Assembly: GCF_054482525.1 (NCBI RefSeq)
Contig: NZ_CM137006.1
Direction: 5' to 3' (one strand)
Length of the DNA stretch: 64,000 nt
The position numbers were made by a program, and so were the translations under genes. This document shows positions 55,843 to 64,000 of this stretch, one piece after another. How positions within the stretch are numbered: the first letter of the stretch is position 1; each line of letters begins with the position of its first letter. Below the pieces are notes generated by a model. That model made no database searches, was not told where the DNA came from, and saw nothing but the letters and a program-made list of their open reading frames with translations.

Positions 55843-56255
55843 TAACGGCTCAGGCGGCGCATCCGCTCAGACGGAGTAATGATATCGGTGATCCGCACGC
55901 CATATTTATCAGCGACTACGACAACTTCGCCCTGAGCAATTAAATAACCGTTGATCAGAATATCCAGCGGTTCGCCCGCCAGACCGTCCAGCGCCACGAC
56001 TGATCCTTGCGTCAGACGCAATAACTCTTTGATGGTCATTCGTGTGCGGCCCAGCTCGACGGTCAGCTTGACCGGAATATCCATAATCAGGTCGATATCC
56101 TGTAACGTTCCGCTGACATCACCACCGCCAAATTGCTGGAACACCGCGTCGGCAGCGCTTTTGCTGCTGGTTGATTTTTGTTCGCTCAACGCTTCAGCCC
56201 ACAGATCGTCCATTGCGCCGTTGTTGTCATCGGCCGGATTATTCATGTCACTCAT
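55842..56255 (-). CDS. fliN: Flagellar motor switch protein FliN
   Basis: 137 aa. Confidence 0.9.
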   Translation of the reverse strand: MSDMNNPADDNNGAMDDLWAEALSEQKSTSSKSAADAVFQQFGGGDVSGTLQDIDLIMDIPVKLTVELGRTRMTIKELLRLTQGSVVALDGLAGEPLDILINGYLIAQGEVVVVADKYGVRITDIITPSERMRRLSR

Positions 56256-57256
56256 TTGGGCTGTTCCTCGTTCAGAGAATTTAAAATCGGGTTAATCAAA
56301 TGTTCTATCCGTAACGCATATTGACCGTTGAGTGTGCCGTACTGACTGGTCAGCACCGGGACGCCGTCAACATGGGCGATGATGCGGTCGGGTTTTTCTA
56401 TCGGCAGGACGTCGCCGGGTTTCAGTTTTAAAATCTGCGACAGGCGTAGCGAGATATCGGCAAAGTTGGCGACCAGCTCCAGCTGTGAATGCTGCACCTG
56501 GCGCACCAGGTTATCGCGCCAGTTCTGATCTTCATTACGCGAGTTTTCCAGCGGCGGGTTAACCAACAATTCCCGTAGCGGCTCGATCATGCTGAATGGC
56601 AGGCAGATATTAAATTCGCCGGTCAGGTTGCCAATCTCCACATGGAACGGCGTGTTAACCACGATGTCGTTCGGCGAGGTGGTGATATTGGTAAATTTCA
56701 CCTGCATTTCCGAACGTACGTACTCAACTTCCAGCGGATTAATCGCCTTCCAGGCATCGCTATAGCCTTCAAGCGCCAGCTTTAACATGCGGTTGATGAC
56801 GCGCTGTTCGGTATGGGTAAACTCGCGACCTTCCACTTTAGTCGGGAAGCGTCCATCGCCGCCAAACAGGTTATCCACGGCGATAAACACCAGACTCGGT
56901 GAGAACACCACCAGCCCTGTGCCGCGCAGCGGTTTCAGATGGATAAGGTTCAGGTTGGTCGGCACCGGCAGGTTGCGGGCAAATTCATGGTACGGCTGAA
57001 TGCGGATGGCCCCGACGGTTATATCCGGGCTACGGCGCAGCAGGTTGAACAGCCCCATACGAAAATGGCGAGCAAAGCGCTCATTAATGATTTCCAGCGC
57101 CTGCAAACGTTCGCGCACAACCCGTCGTTGGGTATTCGGATCGTACGGACGAATGTCACTTTCGCCGCTTACACTGGCTGTCGGTTCGTCTTTGACTTCG
57201 CTGTCACCATTCAACAGCGCATCAATTTCAGCTTGAGAAAGAATACTATCGCCCAT
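56252..57256 (-). CDS. fliM: Flagellar motor switch protein FliM
   Basis: Internal start MGDSILSQAEIDALL chosen (334 aa). Confidence 0.9.
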   Translation of the reverse strand: MGDSILSQAEIDALLNGDSEVKDEPTASVSGESDIRPYDPNTQRRVVRERLQALEIINERFARHFRMGLFNLLRRSPDITVGAIRIQPYHEFARNLPVPTNLNLIHLKPLRGTGLVVFSPSLVFIAVDNLFGGDGRFPTKVEGREFTHTEQRVINRMLKLALEGYSDAWKAINPLEVEYVRSEMQVKFTNITTSPNDIVVNTPFHVEIGNLTGEFNICLPFSMIEPLRELLVNPPLENSRNEDQNWRDNLVRQVQHSQLELVANFADISLRLSQILKLKPGDVLPIEKPDRIIAHVDGVPVLTSQYGTLNGQYALRIEHLINPILNSLNEEQPK

Positions 57257-57260
57257 GTCG

Positions 57261-57725
57261 TTATCGCAGAATAAAAGCGGTATACAGCACGTCGGTGACA
57301 TCCTGTTTCGGTTGCCCGGCAACAAGCGGGGTGGAAAGTGTGGTTTTAATCTCGGCAATCAGTTTTTTCTTGCCTTCTTCTGTCGCCAGTACGGCAGCAT
57401 CCTGACGCGAAAACAGTAACAGCAAACGGCTACGGACTTCCGGCAAATACTCACTCAGCCGCGAGCGGGTAGCTTCATCTTTCAGTCGCAGGGTTATGCC
57501 GATATAAAGCACGCGATCCGCATCGCCCAGATTGACCGTAAAGGTATCCAGCGCATAGAAGACCGGGGAGGGCACGACGCGTTGCTGTGCTTTGTCTTCA
57601 GCGGCAACCTGATGCGAATGCCAGTAGCTGTAACCTGCGCTGGCACAGGCCGCGAGGGTAATGAATACCAGAATCGGGATCCAAAGCGATCGCTTGCTTT
57701 TCTTGCTTATCGCGTAATCAGTCAT
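57261..57725 (-). CDS. fliL: Flagellar basal-body protein FliL
   Basis: 154 aa, single TM. Confidence 0.9.
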   Translation of the reverse strand: MTDYAISKKSKRSLWIPILVFITLAACASAGYSYWHSHQVAAEDKAQQRVVPSPVFYALDTFTVNLGDADRVLYIGITLRLKDEATRSRLSEYLPEVRSRLLLLFSRQDAAVLATEEGKKKLIAEIKTTLSTPLVAGQPKQDVTDVLYTAFILR

Positions 57726-57829
57726 GTGTTGCGGTCTTCCTGTGTCGCTACTGCTTATCGGCTAATTATCCTGCGTCTTGAGCGCAACAAAGCGGGGAAA
57801 AGACGCGGATTACGGTGCTACCTCTGACG

Positions 57830-58957
57830 TTAGGCGAAAATATCAACGCCGCTGTTGCCTGTTACACGCCCTTGTAAAGAGACGGGAACCGGAAGCGTAT
57901 CGTCGTCTTCCCCCGCCAGAGGTTCATGGTTTGCTGTGCGTTGGCTTTGCTGTTGCTGGGAAGCGGCCTGCTGCTGACCACTAAAGCTTTCGCCACTAAT
58001 GTTGCTTTGCCCTAACTGAATGCCACTTTCGGCCAGCTGCGTACGCAGTACCGGAAGCGCTGCTTCCAGGGCGGCGCGTACGTGCTGATGCGGTGAAACC
58101 ATCTGGATTTGCGCCTGGTTATCATCCACTTTGAGGGAGATTTGCACTTCACCTAAATCCTGCGGGTGCAGACGCAACTCTGCACTTTGTTGCCCCTGGC
58201 GGGTTAACAGCGAAATATGCTGGCTTAATGATTGTTGCCATTCGTGAGAACCCAGCGGTGCACTCAAAACAGGCGCGGCGACGGTGGGCAGTGGCTGTGT
58301 CTGGTGTGGAGTGATTAGCGGGCTGGCGGCAGCGGTCACCGACGAAGGCGTGCTGATGACTTCCGCTTTACTCTGGGCTTCTGCTACCAGCGGTGTTAAT
58401 GGCTGAGCTGGTGTGCCGGGGGCGTCATCAGGCTGTGCTGTTGTGAGTTGCTCAGAAGTCAGTTTTGTGAAGAGCGTTGGTTTCTCTGTCGGTAATACGG
58501 TTGACGGTGCATCAGTCACTTTGGGCGTATTGTCAAAACCCGGCAACATCGCAAAAAGGGCACTCAGGCTGGCGGTGACGTCTTCATTCAGATCATCCGC
58601 TTTTTCGTCTTTTGCCGTATTGTTGTCAGCCGCCGCAGCCAACGTTATCGTCTGAGCGGTGGTTAACGGTGTTGATGTGGATTGTTCGTCGTTGATGACA
58701 GGCAGTGTTTCATCCACGGGGATCAGTAAATCCGCTTGGTGCGCGTCGGAAACAATATCGCTGACCAGCGGCTCGCCTTTTGTCGTGGGCTTATCTGTTG
58801 CCACCAGCAGCTGGGGGGCCGCTTTGTCGGTAGTTGCCTCGCCTGCTAATGCTTCGCTTAACAACGCGAGAAAATCTTGTGCAGCATCGCTGGCTTTGCC
58901 GCCAGGCAATGTGGTGGTGTCAACGTCGGCGGTAATCAAGGGCGCTAAGCGAATCAT
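57830..58957 (-). CDS. fliK: Flagellar hook-length control protein FliK
   Basis: 375 aa, Pro/Gln/Thr-rich. Confidence 0.9.
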   Translation of the reverse strand: MIRLAPLITADVDTTTLPGGKASDAAQDFLALLSEALAGEATTDKAAPQLLVATDKPTTKGEPLVSDIVSDAHQADLLIPVDETLPVINDEQSTSTPLTTAQTITLAAAADNNTAKDEKADDLNEDVTASLSALFAMLPGFDNTPKVTDAPSTVLPTEKPTLFTKLTSEQLTTAQPDDAPGTPAQPLTPLVAEAQSKAEVISTPSSVTAAASPLITPHQTQPLPTVAAPVLSAPLGSHEWQQSLSQHISLLTRQGQQSAELRLHPQDLGEVQISLKVDDNQAQIQMVSPHQHVRAALEAALPVLRTQLAESGIQLGQSNISGESFSGQQQAASQQQQSQRTANHEPLAGEDDDTLPVPVSLQGRVTGNSGVDIFA

Positions 58958-59397
58958 TCAGGTTTCCTCATGGCGGCGCGCTGGGCGAACTCATCCATCT
59001 TTTTCTGATCGAGGCGGTTTTCTGCAAGCAGTGCCGCCGTGGATTGCCGTTCCTGCAGTGTCTGCCAGGCCTGCAAACGTTGTTTCTTTTCTCGCCAGCT
59101 GTTCAGGGCAATGTCAACTTTCTGCGTCCACTGATTAAGTTGCTGGCGATGCTGAGTAATGGCTTTTTCCAGCGTCTGGATAAACTGCTGATAGTTGATC
59201 CAGCGGTTGCTGGTCATCCCGGCACTCATATCGCTATTGAGGTTATTGCGATATTCATTCTGATAATCGATCAGCATTTTGAGCTGTTCTTCCGCCTGCT
59301 GACATCCGCGACGCATTTCACCCAGCAGGCGCGCGGCATCCTCTACCTCTTTTTCTGCCAGATCTTTCAGGGTCGCCAGCGCACCATGTTCTGCCAT
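58954..59397 (-). CDS. fliJ: Flagellar export chaperone FliJ
   Basis: 147-aa coiled coil. Confidence 0.9.
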   Translation of the reverse strand: MAEHGALATLKDLAEKEVEDAARLLGEMRRGCQQAEEQLKMLIDYQNEYRNNLNSDMSAGMTSNRWINYQQFIQTLEKAITQHRQQLNQWTQKVDIALNSWREKKQRLQAWQTLQERQSTAALLAENRLDQKKMDEFAQRAAMRKPE

Positions 59398-59415
59398 CTG
59401 CCGTTATCTCCTGGG

Positions 59416-60788
59416 TTATGACACTGTCGGGAAAATACGCTCCAGCCCCTGGAGAGACGCTTCCCAGTCCGCGCGTTCAAAAATGCCTTGTTGCAAATAG
59501 CCCTCCAGCTGCGGCCACAGGGCGATGGCTTTGTCGAGCATCGGATCGCTGCCTTTGGCATACGCGCCGACGCTAACCAGATCGCGGTTACGCTGAAAAC
59601 TCGACAACAGCTGTTTGAAGGTGCGCACTCGCGCGTAATGTTGCTCACTGATCAACGCCGTCATTGCGCGGCTGATCGACGCTTCAATATCGATAGCCGG
59701 ATAGTGCCCGGCTTCCGCCAGTCGGCGAGACAGCACAATGTGACCGTCGAGGATGGCCCGCGCGGAGTCGGCAATGGGGTCCTGCTGGTCATCGCCCTCG
59801 GTGAGCACGGTATAAAACGCGGTAATCGAGCCGCCGCCGCTAATGCCATTTCCGGCACGCTCGACCAGTGCCGGTAATTTGGCAAACACCGACGGGGGAT
59901 AACCTTTGGTGGCGGGTGGTTCGCCAATCGCCAGCGCAATTTCACGCTGGGCCATCGCGTAGCGGGTGAGGGAGTCCATAATCAGCAACACATGCTGACC
60001 ACGATCGCGAAAATCTTCGGCAATGCGCGTGGCATAGGCGGCACCCTGCATTCGCAGGAGCGGAGAAACATCCGCCGGAGCGGCAATCACCACGGAGCGT
60101 GCACGTCCTTCGGCACCGAGGATATTCTCAATAAAATCTTTTACTTCGCGCCCACGTTCACCAATCAAACCCACGACAATGACATCGGCGCGGGTGTAAC
60201 GTGCCATCATCCCCAGCAGCACACTTTTACCAACGCCGGACCCGGCAAACAGCCCCATACGCTGCCCACGCCCAACGGTAAGCAGGGCATTGATTGGGCG
60301 CACGCCGGTGTCCAGCACATGTTCAATCGGTGTACGTTGCAACGGGTTAAATGGCGGGGTAATCAGCGCACCGGTTTCCGTCGTATCGGGGGAGGGGAGG
60401 CCATCGAGCGGTTTACCGCTGCCGTCCAGAACGCGACCTAATAACGCCGGACCGAGCGGCAACTGCTTGCCGCTTTGCAGCCCTTCAGCCGAAATGTTTT
60501 TGGCATAAACACGCGCGCCGGGCAGGACACCTTCCACTTCCTCCAGCGGCATTAAAAACAGCCGTTGACCGTTAAAGCCAACGACTTCGCTTTCTACTTC
60601 GTGCGTTTCGCTGCCGTTCTGGCGTTCAATGACACAGGTTGCGCCGAGCGGCAATTGTAATCCGGTGGCTTCCAGCACCAGCCCGGTAGCGCGGGTTAAT
60701 CGCCCGTAGCGACGTACCGCAGGCAACTGCGCCATTTTGGCTTCAAAGTTATCCAGCGTGGTTAGCCAGCGAGTCAGACGCGTGGTCA

Positions 60789-60789
<1 letters not shown>
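59416..60789 (-). CDS. fliI: Flagellum-specific ATPase FliI
   Basis: 457 aa; Walker A GSGVGKS. Confidence 0.95.

Positions 60790-64000
<3,211 letters not shown>

Noticed and set aside
57257-57358. N-terminal extension of the fliM ORF overlapping fliL
   Set aside because: Canonical FliM begins at MGDSILSQ (57256); the upstream in-frame sequence overlaps the fliL 3' end.

Overview
This window reads as an Escherichia coli-type chromosome. Bases 1 to about 33290 are the right-hand 33 kb of a lambdoid prophage, whose left end (integrase, repressor) lies upstream of the window. It runs from a replication gene with internal iteron-like repeats, through a nin-like region (queH-like gene, hok-type toxin, lipoprotein, DUF968-like HNH protein, rusA, Q-like gene) and a 4-tRNA cluster, into a pinholin/SAR-endolysin/Rz-Rz1 lysis cassette, HK97-like packaging and head genes, and a lambda-like tail (M, L, K, I, J, lom, stf), ending at a 62-nt 3' fragment of tRNA-Ser. 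Bases 33.3 to 64 kb are ordinary core genome: zinT, an IS3-family element inserted in a REP palindrome, msrQP, hiuH, hprRS, hchA, an intact OmpC-family porin, yedR, yedJ, dcm-vsr, yedA, yedI, yodC, dgcQ, yedP, DsrA sRNA, yodD, dsrB, rcsA and the flagellar fliR-to-fliF genes (fliF truncated by the window end). I found no CRISPR array and no recognisable multi-gene defence system. The best candidates for something new are prophage accessory loci: the stand-alone queH-like gene beside hok, and a YfbU-like antisense gene with a small convergent ORF between the lysis and packaging modules. All calls rest on reading the ORF translations and DNA motifs by eye against remembered protein families; no database search was run.
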